From Epithemia pelagica (taxonomy: Eukaryota; Protista; Bacillariophyta): a stretch of DNA of 64,000 nt. Below are positions 37,668-50,288 of the stretch, piece after piece (within the stretch, counting starts at the first letter, position 1; every line of letters starts with the position of its first letter). The notes under the pieces are model-generated. The model was given only the letters and a program-made list of their open reading frames with translations, ran no database searches and was not told the DNA's origin. Where the stretch lies: assembly GCA_946965045.2 (NCBI GenBank), contig OX337229.1, positions 2,232,001 through 2,296,000 of the forward strand, given 5' to 3'. Both the position numbers and the translations under genes were made by a program.

Positions 37668-39158
37668 ATGTCTACTGGAGGGGAATTGCCACCGCCACCG
37701 GGACCACCTGGGACGCCTCGAGCGCCGCGTCCCCTAACACCGCCACGGCTTGGAGGATTGACCGTATTCCATCCATGGACTGGAGGCCGACCGACTGATG
37801 TGACGTTCACCGCAACGGCACGAACCGTTCCGCGGAGCCCATATTGCTACCTGTTGCAAGATCCGACAGAAGCGCACAAGGCGTTGAAACAGAAGACGAC
37901 CATTGTGGATGGTAATGAAAGCAAGCCGCGCAAGTTCACACGAGATGAAAAGAGCCTCACAATTGAGCAATTGGCAGAGATGGTCGCCGACCACATGGAG
38001 TTTCATGGGATGGACAGTGAATTCTACCTTCCTGATCCACAAGATCCCACCAGACTAGTCGACATTCTGCAAGAAGACTCCGAATTCACTCCAACCTTTG
38101 TTGTGAATCACTTCAGAACCAGAATTGGAGCCACTCCACCTTTGTACGACGATTATTCCACCAACAACATGGACCTTGCGTATAAGGCCATCATGTCACT
38201 GCTAGACGACTCAGTCAAGAACAGCATTTGTCCATTGCTACCACGCGATTTGAAATATGGACCCATCCTCTGGATTTACGTTGTGCGTGAGGCTCGGACG
38301 GCCTCCTTCCAACGAATCAAAGCGCTCAAGCAACAACTTGAGAACCACAAACTTCGTCAGACTGCTGGAGAAGATGCCAAGGTCTTCACTACGAAGTTCC
38401 TGCAAACATGTGTCGAGCTCGGAAAGAACGTGCCAAGCGACGCTCCATTTCTCCTAAATGAGCAGCTCTGTACCTCGTCAGTTGAGCAATTTCGTGTCAA
38501 GTTTATGGCTCGTAGCACCGCTGTCAATCAATGGGTTACCAAAGTTCATGGTCTGTCAAGGGCCACCATTGAATCTCGCGCTGGGGAAGCGGATTACATC
38601 TCTGTCCAACAACTTGTAGAAGAAGCAAACACAGAATATACTTTGTTGTTGACAGCCAAACGATGGGGACCGTCTGGAAAGAGCGACGCTGGTAATCCGC
38701 CAGAAGCAATGATGTCGTTCACAAAAACCGAGATTCATAATCTCGTGCAGAAGAGTGTCTCAGCAGCCTTGAAGGGCGGAACCAACAGTGGAAAGGGAAA
38801 GTCCAACAGCGGTGGACGCAAGTGTCATATCTGTGGATCACCGGATCATTTGAAGAAGGATTGTCCAAAAGCCAGCACCGACAACAACAACAGCGGAGAA
38901 CGAAAGTCAAAAGCTCCAAAGGCTCCTTGGAAGTTTAAACCACCGGGTGATGGAGAGCCCGAAACCAAAAATGTGAATGGAACGCCGTGGCACTGGTGTG
39001 CCATTTGTGGATTCTGGCGACTATCGCACGGAACGGCGACGCATGACAACGATTATGCGAAAAAAGCGAATCAAACTGGCGGTACGACACCGGCCGCATC
39101 GCTTGCATCTCTAAAATATTGTGGAGCTGCAACTATCTTAGACAAAGACGACGAATGA
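37668..39158 (+). CDS. Gag of the outer copia (intact, 496 aa)
   Basis: CCHC knuckle CHICGSPDHLKKDC; second knuckle-like WHWCAICGFWRLSHGTATH. Confidence 0.9.
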   Translation: MSTGGELPPPPGPPGTPRAPRPLTPPRLGGLTVFHPWTGGRPTDVTFTATARTVPRSPYCYLLQDPTEAHKALKQKTTIVDGNESKPRKFTRDEKSLTIEQLAEMVADHMEFHGMDSEFYLPDPQDPTRLVDILQEDSEFTPTFVVNHFRTRIGATPPLYDDYSTNNMDLAYKAIMSLLDDSVKNSICPLLPRDLKYGPILWIYVVREARTASFQRIKALKQQLENHKLRQTAGEDAKVFTTKFLQTCVELGKNVPSDAPFLLNEQLCTSSVEQFRVKFMARSTAVNQWVTKVHGLSRATIESRAGEADYISVQQLVEEANTEYTLLLTAKRWGPSGKSDAGNPPEAMMSFTKTEIHNLVQKSVSAALKGGTNSGKGKSNSGGRKCHICGSPDHLKKDCPKASTDNNNSGERKSKAPKAPWKFKPPGDGEPETKNVNGTPWHWCAICGFWRLSHGTATHDNDYAKKANQTGGTTPAASLASLKYCGAATILDKDDE

Positions 39159-39625
39159 CTCATCGGGCGGATGCTCATCGCTATGTATTCTTATTTGGTG
39201 ATGATGAATCCGTTGCCCATCCTCTTCGCTTTCATTCGCTTGTTTGTCTCTATTTGGCGCACCGTCTTGCCACAACAAAAACCTCACCGTTCATTCACTC
39301 CCAAAACTCGTCGTTGCTCTCGCTTCTCGCCAATCATGGTACTGCCTGGACTGTTCTGTTGTTATTCGGGTGTGATGATGAGCACACATTCTTTCATCTT
39401 GGGGATTGGTGCACCGCTCACCAAGTTCCCATCGCTCACCTTTGCAAGTCGAGTCTACCATCGACGCTTGTTTGGGACACCCCGAAGCAAGGAAATGGCC
39501 CTTCCTTTTTGGTACTTTCGGCTTTTTCATCCACACCCTTCTCATCGATCGCGACGATGGTGTCGACGCAAGCGGCGCCGTGCTCTTACAGATTTGCGAC
39601 CAGCTGACGATGACCCTCCACCTTT

Positions 39626-42600
39626 TTGGCTTCCAAAACCACCGGAGACCCAATTGAAGAACTCTCTTTCACCCTACTGTTTCCAGTGGCCGTTCATCGA
39701 AACGCACAGGCAAACACCGCCGAGCCGTCAACAGAGGGAGCACCGTTGGCTTGGAGTTTCCTCTCGGAACCTACAGCTCGTACCTTTCCAGTCACCGTCG
39801 ACACTGGAGCCACAATCACAATTTCACCACACCGTGACGACTTTGTTGAGTACACCGAATTGTCTGGGTCAGTCCTGCAAGGATTAGCAAAAGGATTGGA
39901 AATCAACGGCACTGGTCTTGTCCGATGGCGAATGCAATTGGATGATGGGACTTTCACCGACATGGAAGCACCGGCTTACCATGTATCCACCGCTCGATGC
40001 AGATTGTTCTCACCGCAGAGCTATTTGCAGCACAAGGAAGCAACGTCTTCAGAAAATGAGCTCGAAAGCTTCATCATCCGTGGATCGACTCTTCAATTCG
40101 ATACCACCAATGGCAAGATCGCCACCATCCAATATCATCCCGAGAACAACCTCCCTACGTGTTCGATGTCGAATGTACCAGCCGTTCCCAACACCGTCGT
40201 GAACCATGGTTGTGTGACAGAAACTCAAAATCTGAACTTAACAACGCCACAAAAGGAGCTCATGAAATGGCACTATCGTTTGTGTCATCATGGTCTGGCT
40301 GCTATCCAACGTCTCATGCAATCTGGAGCCCTTGGTTCGTCCCCTCTCATCAAGGCTGCATCCAAATGTGAATTGCCGAAATGTTCTGGCTGTCAATTTG
40401 GCAAAGCAAAACGACGTCCGACCGATACCTCCACGAAAACGATTGCTCGCGAGAGGGAGTATGGCTTGAAGAAAGACCAGTTGTTCCCCGGTCAACGCGT
40501 TTCCATGGATCATTTTGTCCTCAAACAAAAGGGCCGCCTGTACTCTTCGAGAGGCCAGTCCCATCCAGACAGCATGTACTCTGGAGGCTGTATCTTTGTG
40601 GACCACGCTACTGGTGACATCCACATCGAGCATTTGGTCAATTTCACGGCCACTGAGACGATTGCTGCCAAACAACGATACAAAAAGCGAATGTGTGATC
40701 TTGGAATCACCGTCCAAGCCTTTCAATCCGACAACGGCATCTTCGCTCCAACGCTTTTGTGAACGAAATCGAATCCGGTCTCCAAAATATCAAGTTCAGT
40801 GGAGTCGGAGCTCACCATCAAAATGGAATAGCCGAGCGTGCCATTGGAACCATCCTGTCAAAGGCACGAACGATTCTCATCCATGCTGCGATTCGATGGC
40901 CTGATGCAGCAGATATTAGTCTGTGGCCAATGGCGGTTGACTACGTGGTGTTTCAACACAATCACATGCCTCGTACCAGCGCTGGCATGATGTCACCAAT
41001 GGAGTTGATTGTCAAGTCTAAGGCCGATCGCCAAGTTTTTGCAGATATGCACGTGTGGGGATGCCCGTGTTATGTCTTGGATCCAACCCTCCAGGACGGG
41101 CACAAACTACCAAAATGGAAACCAAGATCGAGACGAGGAATCTTTCTTGGTTTTTCACGATGGCATTCTTCACGAGTTCCCTTGGTTCTGAACACAAAGA
41201 CGGGGCATATTTCCCCAAAGTTCCACGTCGTCTTCGACGATTGGTTCTCAAGCGTGATCGGAACTGTATTGGACCGCCCATTCGATGAAGCTGAATGGAC
41301 TCAATTGTTTGGTGACTCCCGCTACCACTATGCATTCGATGAAGACGACCCGGTTGCTTTAGCGGATGAATGGGTGGAGCATCAAAATGACAATGTTGAC
41401 CGCTCATCTCCAATTCGGAAAACACAACAACGAGTTCGGTTTGAAGAACCAACCGATCTCATCAATGACGGGATGCAACAACAGAGGGAGCAGGATGTGC
41501 CTGCACCAAACCAACCGTCCGATCCAACTCAACCTCAACAACAAGAGGAACAGCCTTTACCACCTGCTGAAGAAGAACCCCAGCCTGACGTTGAAGAACC
41601 TCCTCTTCAACCACAACAACAACCACAACCAGATACCGAGGAACCACCACCGACTCCTCCCCGTCGCTCCGGAAGAACGCGCAAGGCGCCACTCCGTTGG
41701 GGATACGATGGCACACAAGGTGCAGGCTACCGAGCCTTGGCGAGTTTCGCTGAATTTGTTACCAACGCTATGACAGGCACAGCCTATCAAGCGTACGTCA
41801 ACGTGGACTCCGAGTCAGACACCTTCGGTTTTCGCGACCCAATTGCCTTTCAAGCTTCAAACAAAAAGAACAACCCAGACTTGACGTCCTACTACGAGGC
41901 AATGACTGGTGATGACCGTGAGGGCTATATCGCAGCCATGGGCAACGAAGTAAAGGAGCTGGAGGACAAAGGAACATGGGTACTTACTCTACGGTCCGAA
42001 ATGGAAAGACGTGGCGGAAAGGCCTTGCCATCAACCTGGGCATTTCGAAGAAAGCGCTACCCCGACGGATCAGTGCGAAAATTGAAGGCAAGATTGTGTG
42101 TCAGAGGAGACAAACATACGTACGGGCTCGACTACTTCGAGACATATGCACCCGTTGTCCAATGGATAACGATTCGGCTGGTATTGTTGATGGTCCTTGT
42201 CTTTAGTTGGGAGACAGTCCAAACGGACTACACCAATGCCTTTGCATAAGCATTCCTCACAGAGGATGTCTACATGGAGCTGCCGAAGGACTTTGCACCG
42301 GACACCGAAGACGGTGAAGAATATGTGTTGCATTTGAAGAAAAGCCTTTATGGCTTAAAGCAAGCGCCTCTCTCGTGGTATGACCACTTAAAGGGTCATT
42401 TGGAACAACGTGGATTTAAACAGATTCCGTTTGATCCATGCCTTTTCTACGACCCAAACAAACGGATCATATGCCTTGTATACATCGACGATGTAATTTG
42501 GGCCGGACCGGACAAAGCACGATTATGAAAGTATTGGAATCGCTCAAGGACGATTTGGAGATGACGGTTGATGGAGACGTATCGGCGTACCTCGGCATCG

Positions 42601-43456
42601 ACTTCGAACGTCTCAGTAACGGCCAAATCAAACTGAAACAATATGGCCTCATTGACAAAGTGTTGAACGCAACAGGGCTACAAGATTGTAACCCAGACAA
42701 GACTCCAGCGAGTCAAAAGCCGATCGGTAAAGACCAAGACGGAGAGGACTACGCAGAACAGTGGAGCTACGCGTCAGTGGTAGGAATGCTATTGTATTTG
42801 GCGTCCAACTCACGCCCAGAAATCGCATACGCAGTGCACCAGTGTGCAAGATTCACACACAACCCCAAGGCATCGCATGCCAAAGCCGTCAAACGCATCT
42901 GCCGGTTCCTCAAGGGATGATCCTCACTCCATCGAAGGAATGCTTGGCCGCTGATTGCTACGTAGATGCTGATTTCGCGGGGCAGTGGAACAGTGAGGAT
43001 CCGCAGGATCCGCTTTGTGTGAAATCACGGACCGGCTATATGTTGATGGTTGCAGATTGTGCAGCTCATTGGGTATCCAAGTTGCAAACAGAAATTGCTG
43101 TATCGACCATGGAAGCTGAGTACATCGCCCTTAGTCTTGCCATGAGAGACCTCATTCCACTTCGAGGTCTGGTGGATGAAATCAAAACCATGTTCGACAT
43201 TGATGAGCTCCCTTACAGAGCATACTCGAAAGTATTTGAAGACAACAATGGTACGATCCTTTTGGCGACTTCACCACGCATGACTCCTCGCTCCAAGCAT
43301 ATTGCAGTGAAGTATCACTTCTTCAAGGAGCACGTATACAACGGAAACATCTGCCTTGTCAAAGTCGCATCGGACGAACAAGTAGCGGATTGCTTGACAA
43401 AAGGACTGGACAAGACTTTGTTTCAACGAGCGAGAAAGATGTTGGCTGGATGGTAA
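39626..43456 (+). pseudogene. Pol of the outer copia (frameshifts near 40750, 42520 and 42918; TAA at 42247)
   Basis: VDTGAT (PR); WHYRLCH..CSGCQFGK (HHCC); SMDHF, QSDNG, HHQNGIAER (INT); WAFRRKRYPDGSVRKLKARLCVRGD, YIDD (RT); YVDADFAG, EAEYIALS, EDNNG, ADCLTK (RH). Confidence 0.95.
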
Positions 43457-43493
43457 TCATGCACGACTATATTGTTACGCGGGTACTACGTCT

Positions 43494-43502
43494 GAGAGGG
43501 AG
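43494..43502 (+). promoter_or_regulatory. Polypurine tract of the outer copia
   Basis: gagagggag immediately before the 3' LTR TG at 43503. Confidence 0.8.
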
Positions 43503-43708
43503 TGTCACAAAGTGGGGCGTACTGTCCATCAGTGGGGTTGACGGGCAGTCTTGCAGCGCGCGTGTCGGCATGGGAAAGTAGATAGATTCAAATTCCCACT
43601 GTCACCATAATTTCCAAATCTGTTGTTTTGATCTTCCTTTTTCGTCGTTAGCCGCATCATCAAACCAAGTTGACCATAGTGGAGCATCAACTCTCCGCTG
43701 CGTACGAC
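43503..43708 (+). repeat. 3' LTR of the outer copia, left part; the remainder is at 51020-51051
   Basis: Matches 37312-37517. Confidence 0.95.
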
Positions 43709-44003
43709 TGAATAAAAACTGACGGCCTTTGGGGGCAAATCGCTCACGTAGGGGCCAAACAGCGACCACGGTACCCACTAGCGAACACGCAACTAGGGGC
43801 CGGGCGATGCCAGGCGATGCGTAGCGAGGCATGGCGAGGCCCTTCGCAGGTTACAAAGGGGGCGCCCGTGATTATTTATTCAGTCCCCGCGAACAAAATC
43901 GGGGTGGGCAACTTCGTTTAGTTCGTCATGTCAGCAGAGGCCGGTCCAGTACGTCGGACTATTCTTCAAAAGGGGCGATCCCATTTTGGATCTAAAAGGG
44001 GTG

Positions 44004-47000
44004 CTACCACATGATACGTTGGGCCAGGAATCGCAATCGAGGTCCGGGTAGCAGTTTGGTTAGGATATCGGCAAGATTCGTTTCACCTTCTTCCCATGCA
44101 ATGCGCACAAGTCCAGCAGCTTGCGCTTTACGAGTCCGATGATAAGCAATTGCGTTGTGCTTCTTCTTTAGGACTGATTCCGGCTGCGTCGAGTTCTTAA
44201 ACACAGATTCAATGTCGCAAAACACATTCGTCTCTCCATCCAACGGGATACCCATCATTCGCAACTTATAACGAAATGCTTCAATCATTTCAATGGCAGT
44301 TTTCATCGCCACGAACTCACTGCCAAATGTAGACGTCTCAACAGTGTTTTGTCGTTTTGAATACCACATGATCGGTGCTCGTTGCAAGAACAGTAGGACT
44401 CCTGTTTGAGAGCGCCGTGTGACACGACATCCAGCATGATCAGCATCGACAAAGCAAGTCGTGGTGACAGCGTTTCCACGCGGTGCTGGTGCGTTTGACG
44501 GAATCGGCTCGGCAGCATCAGGATAATATTCAGACCAATCCGGTCGGGTAAAACGTGACTCGTCGAAGTCAGGGGTTGTGTCGTCGAACACAATGGCGGA
44601 TTTATCGTACTTCTTCAGATACGCGAAGATGTGCAACGTTTGCTCGAGATGTCCTTCTCGTGGATTCGCCATAAAACGGGACATATGGGAGACTGCGGTT
44701 GTAATGTCGATACGACCGAGTTAGGGTTAGGTCCTTGGTAATAGTTCGCACGTCTTGCGTCGAGTTCAGGAGTCGCATCCAATTCCGGGCGATATCCATC
44801 GGCGATCAGCGTCGTCACTTTTGACTTCAGCTTTTCTCCGGATTTCTCCAGTTCCGTTTCGACTTTGGCAAGAGCACGCTTACAATACTTGTCAGCGGAC
44901 ATGGCCCAACGATCACGGTTCGACGGATCTTGCGTGTCGGGTATGGCATAACGCCGTATTTCGGATCCCAAGTATTCGTCTGGCGGTTTGATACTGTCGG
45001 GCTTGATCGTATAGCGCCTCTGCAGGTCCTGCATCACGGTTTTGGGATCATGACTAACAATCAGCAGATCATCAATGTAGACAAGAACATACTCGTCATA
45101 CTGGAACCCATCAGATGGCCGAGTGTTCGCTCGAAGCCATACATCCGGATCAGCTTGACACATCTTAAATCCCATATCGCGGAGCGTTGCGGCGATGTGA
45201 TCACGCCACCTTGCGGCAGAACTTTTGAGACCATATAATGCGCGCACTATCAGTGCAGGTTGTCCAACCTTATCTGGACCAAATTCGAGTCCCGCGGTGG
45301 AATAGGTCTTCTCTTTAGTCGGTGCGTTGAGATATGCGTTTTGCACGTCCCCGACGAGAACATCTAGACCACTTAGTGCAGCGATAGTAAAAGCAATGCG
45401 TACGCTATCGCGTGATACCACGCTAGAATAGGTCGATTCTTTGGGTGGATCAGTTTTGTGGCCTCCGGCCACTAACCGTGCTTTTCGTCGCAGGTCTGAT
45501 TTGATATCAAAAACCATATGACAGGGAATATGCTTGTATCCAGAAGGCACTTCGCCATCAGCTGGAAATTCGAAAGCAATGCCAACGTTCTTCATTTCTT
45601 TCTCAATAGCCTTACGCCAGAAGTCAGTCCCCGTTCGGCGGTCAATCGCCAGGGCTTCTTCCACAGAGTGGGGCAACTCAATGCCATACATGTGCGTTCG
45701 CTTCCAATAACGTGACTTTACCTTTTTGATAATGCGGTCTCGTTTGCGAAGTGCACGTGGCACCCACCATGCGAAAGCAGGCTCTTTTGCGATGCCAGTG
45801 GATACTGCGTATTCGGCGGCTTCAATCATATTTCCATTCTTGACGTCTTTGAGCGGCAGCCAAACAGTCGATTGATCCGACAGTTCACATTGCAATTCCC
45901 AGCCTTTCGTTGCGTGGTGTGATGTGCCGTCAAGGAACGATGCGTCTGTTCGCTTAACTGCGGTCTCATCACTGCGGTGACCCACAATGGCTTTCAATGT
46001 GTTGAACGCATTGCCCTCCGGGTCAACTTGCGAATATAGATTCTCTGCGATCATATTGGTTGCATACGACTCGATCGATCCATCCGGAAACTGTACATCG
46101 TAGTACCGGGTATCAAGGATTGGGTTTGCGTCGCGCTCACCAATAGGTCGCCCATGAGCATCTTTCGTGCGTCCAATGATTTTCGCTCGAGCGCTTTCAC
46201 CTCCTCGCGGCAGCATGACTTCAGCGGTGAGGTATTCGTCTAGTTCCTCCGGCGTGTACGCGTCGGATTCCAGGGCTTCGGCCTCTGGGAACAAGGGCTC
46301 TAGAAGTTCACCTTCGTCAAAGAGGTCTGGAGGTGGATCGCTCCCAGTTGTGCCATCAGATGGCGGCTCTTTCATTTGCGTTTGAATAGCGGCATCATAG
46401 TCTAACAACTGCTGATGAATCTTCGGATTCTTCAGGTCGTCTTCCGGAATGGCCCACACATCTTTCCGTGTGACATGATTGCCCTCTTGCGTTAGGATTT
46501 CATAGGCCATATCATCGGTGCAATCATCGGCTAAGCCCAACCATCGGCCAATAAGTCTTTTTTCGAAGGGAAACTGTGCCATGGGCATGTGATAATACAC
46601 CGGCTGATAGAATTGGAACATGGCTAATGGAGAGATGTCTGGCGTTGAGCCAATTACATGCTCGAACGGTGTCCGTCCATCTAATTCAGGGATATCGGAT
46701 GCCGTGAGTTGCCGTACGTGTGAGCACCATTTAAGAGCATAGCTCCATAAACATCGTGGTGCGCCGGTCGTCCTCATAATTTTGACAACTCCCTTCTTTA
46801 ATTCACGAATGCTCGCTTCGGCGGCGTTCTGCCATGGACTATAAGGAACCGTTTTCTCCATCTTTATGCGGTACTCGTTGCATATTTCACGGGACTTCCC
46901 TAGGAACAATTCTCGGGCACCATCAGATACCATTGTTTGGGGAATCCCTACATTGTGAATCAAAGACATCAATCCTTCAGGATGTTGCTTTTTCGACTTC

Positions 47001-48202
47001 CAGGGATAAACGTGGTCGAATCCTTTGCCGTCGGTAAAGATCGAGGCGCCCGTGTCCCCGTGCAGTGATACTTCCTTGGCAAACATCTCGTCCGAGAACC
47101 AACGGCCTTTCGCATTAGGGAATTTGAGCCACGGTGCCTTCTTACGGACCTTACGCTCAGATGGGATAAATACGTTTCGTACTCCAGCCTGCGTCATCAC
47201 TTTAAGCGTATTCTTCGCTTTGGGTAAACCAATGCCCCAACGTTGTGACAGTACGGCTGCGTCAAGCACTCCCTTTCCAGCAGGATCGGCTGGGGAAGAC
47301 TCGTTAGCAGTCTTGATCATGTACAGCCGACGTTCACGTTTGTCCTCCGGGACTACATCAGGCTCCTCCTTCTCTGGATGAACAGTGACCGTCGCTATCA
47401 AGCGTTCGTATAGGTCGTCGCCTTGTGCGTCGGCGTCCAGATCGGGTGATGGATTGGCAAAAGCATGCTGGTACGTTCGCACGGCTTTGATGAGTCGTGG
47501 AATGGAGGATGCGGCAATCGAATTCGGATCGCCATTGCGAACGACAGTAGCGGCAGCCACACCCAGTTTCTCCTCCGCGTCCGCAAAGGCGGCAGAACGA
47601 GGTTGCCATGGGCTATCGGCAGTTAGCACAACTTGTGGCAAGTGTTCCAGCTCGTCAGAAGTGGGTTTGCGAGTGGCGAAACCACTTTTCACACCAGCCA
47701 TGGTGAGATCGGCATCCGGTACGTGGATACTATGCGTGCTGTGCGGGTCAAACTGTTTAGGTACGTCGTTGACAACGATGCCATGGGCACGCATCTGGTT
47801 CGGACAGAGTAACGAACTGCCCATACGGTCCCCTAAAAACAATGCTTGGTGGATAACAAGCAAGTAAGACTGGTTTTCGCTGTCAGTCCAGACAGTAGCA
47901 ACAGTCGCAATAGGGACATTGGTCAGCGGGTTATATTCCTCCGCAAACGGATGCACACTGATATAGCGGTGGGCTTCGGAGAGCATTGCGAAGTCTCTTC
48001 CCACAGCACAGATGTCCGCATGTGAGTCCAACTCACAGGTGAGCTCAATGGTCTCAACACCATATTCGTCGGTGTTCATAGCACATAGACGATGTGCGAA
48101 ACGTTTAGAATAACTATAATGGGTGCCTACATGTGCATTCGATTGAACAATAAGATTCGTTTTATCAATTTTTACTGCTTCGGCAGCGGATACACAGGGC
48201 AC
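44004..48202 (-). pseudogene. Pol of the inner copia (frameshifted near 44725)
   Basis: LDSHADIC (PR); SDEMF, SDGARE, PYSPWQNAAE (INT); HMVFDIKSDLRRKARLVAGGH, GDVQNAYL, LYGLKSS, YIDD (RT); FVDADHAG, SEFVAMK, NLADILTK (RH). Confidence 0.95.
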
Positions 48203-48208
48203 ACTCCA

Positions 48209-50288
48209 TCAGGAGGAAGAAGACAGGTCGGTAGACTTGTCAGAGACATTCGGGTCACGGACATCGAATTCAAGATCGGCGGAATAACGACCGCATACAT
48301 TACGCCTTCGCTCTGCGGCAGCCAATTGTCCATTGGCAAGCATAGTGTATTTTAAAGCTTCGTCGAACACTTCCGTGTGCTCGGCTAAGCGTTTGCACAC
48401 ATGGTACATTTGGCGCTCTTCACGTTCATAGCCTGACATTTTAGACCAGCGCCAAGACCAAATTGGACTATTGTGGACAATAGTGTCGATCTCTTCGCGG
48501 AAGCTTCCTTTCAGCATACTTTGGTCATGCTTGGTAAGTGAGCGGACGTTGCGAGTCCCTTCAGCATACTTGCCTTTGACCGGTAGCGGCAGCTTCACAA
48601 AGATGTCGCCGTGTTCCGGGACTGGTGGGATGGTCATATGACTCATATCAGGACGTCCGTCCTCTTCCCATTGCCACATCGGTGGATAGGTCTCGTATTC
48701 CCCCATGGGGCGCGTACGTACGGATTTGACGGACGCAGATCCGGGTTCGTTCGGTTGTGCTTTAGCCTTATGCGCGAAACGTCCAAAGCTGTTGCCAGCT
48801 GAGGACTTTGTCTTCTGCGAATCATCTTCGGATGATTTTGCAGGTGAGGCGGAAGCGCGGAACTTAGAGTGCTTGTCTGGCGACGGTACGTTGTCAACAG
48901 AGGAGTCAAGCAAGTTCTCGTCTACTTCCATAATGACCGATACGTTGGTCTTCGCCTCCGGCTTAGCGTCGTCTTCGTCAATGTCTACTGAGATTGCGTC
49001 CTCAGCAGTACTCCCATGCGACGTTTTCGATCTCTTCGATGATGCGTTGGAAGAGTCGTCTGTGGAGACAGATCCAAGCTTCCGCTTTTCTTTGCACTCA
49101 CTGCGAAGAGCCAGGACTTGTTTGCGTTCGTCCTCCGTCAGGTCTGCCCATTCGTTGGCATCGTAGTGACCAGCATGAACGCGGTCCTTCTTCTTCTTGC
49201 TCTTTTTCTGATTGCGCCCTTTTCCCTTTCCTTTGCTTGGAATGGTACTAGCAGCGGCGATCTTTCGAGAGTCGTCCTGCGTTTCGGTTTTGGCGGCACT
49301 GTGCACAGTCAAGAAGTATTGCTGGCACGCTTCGAAGTTCTCCAACTTCTCCTGGTCACCGTTGACGACGGTCTTGGCTTGGACGAGCGTCGGATCGGTG
49401 ATCCCATTCATGAAATCGGTCACTTTTTTCGTTTCCGCAACCGTTTCGCCAAGCTCTTCCAGGGTGTTGTGCGCATGTTGGTGACGGTGGATGTAGTCAT
49501 GGAAGCGGTACTTCCCTCGTCCTGTAAACTTAGCACTTGCGATCCGCGCATAAGCTTGTTTCTTGCGCAGGATGCTCGCGGCCTGTCCAGTGGCTTGCCG
49601 CTTGACGGTTAGGTAGGCCTCACGGCCGTCCTTCGATTTCGCATGCGTTTTAGCAAACGTCCAGGCCGGGCCATCGTAGATAAGAGGGTAGTACAGCTCA
49701 TACACTCTGCGTCGGTCGGCTTTGTACTGATCCCCCTCATGACGAGTGGTCGCGACTAGGTCGTCGTCAATGCAGTCGTAATTGGCGGTTAGTGCGTCGT
49801 CCGGTACGTCGGACTCCTCACGCAATACGTAGGTGAGCCGGCACTCCCGTTGTCGGATTACGGTGCTGACCCAAGTACGTGCGCCACATTCCGTCGTGAC
49901 GTTCCCAATCGGCAAGGTTCGTTAGCCTTTTGGGTGGTACTTGGTCATCCTGACCACCAGTGGTGGTGGCATTCGTGAGTTCCGTTACGCGTTTCATCCA
50001 CTTGGTGATTACGTCACCAGTCTAACCACCAGCATCAAGGTTTTGACCACGGACAGAACGATATTCCAACCACATTCGGAAGCCAAGGAACTTCAGGTTG
50101 AACTGGTAGGGTAGGGTGAACCCGTCGGGTAGGTTCTTGGCTAGTGTCTTCAGCATGGGCTTTACTTCGTTGATAGGAAACTCCAGGAACTGATCCGTTG
50201 TTGTGAAGCCCTGTTGCGTTAGGTGCTCAACGGTAGCATTGTCGTAGCCACAGCGGCCCAGTGCAGTACGGAAGGCATTTGCGGCCAT
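48209..50288 (-). pseudogene. Gag of the inner copia (TAG at 50022, frameshift near 49845) with a long C-terminal extension
   Basis: MAANAFRTAL..., LTYVLRE, DRRRVYELYYPLIYDGPAWTF, KKVTDFMNGITDPTL. Confidence 0.85.
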
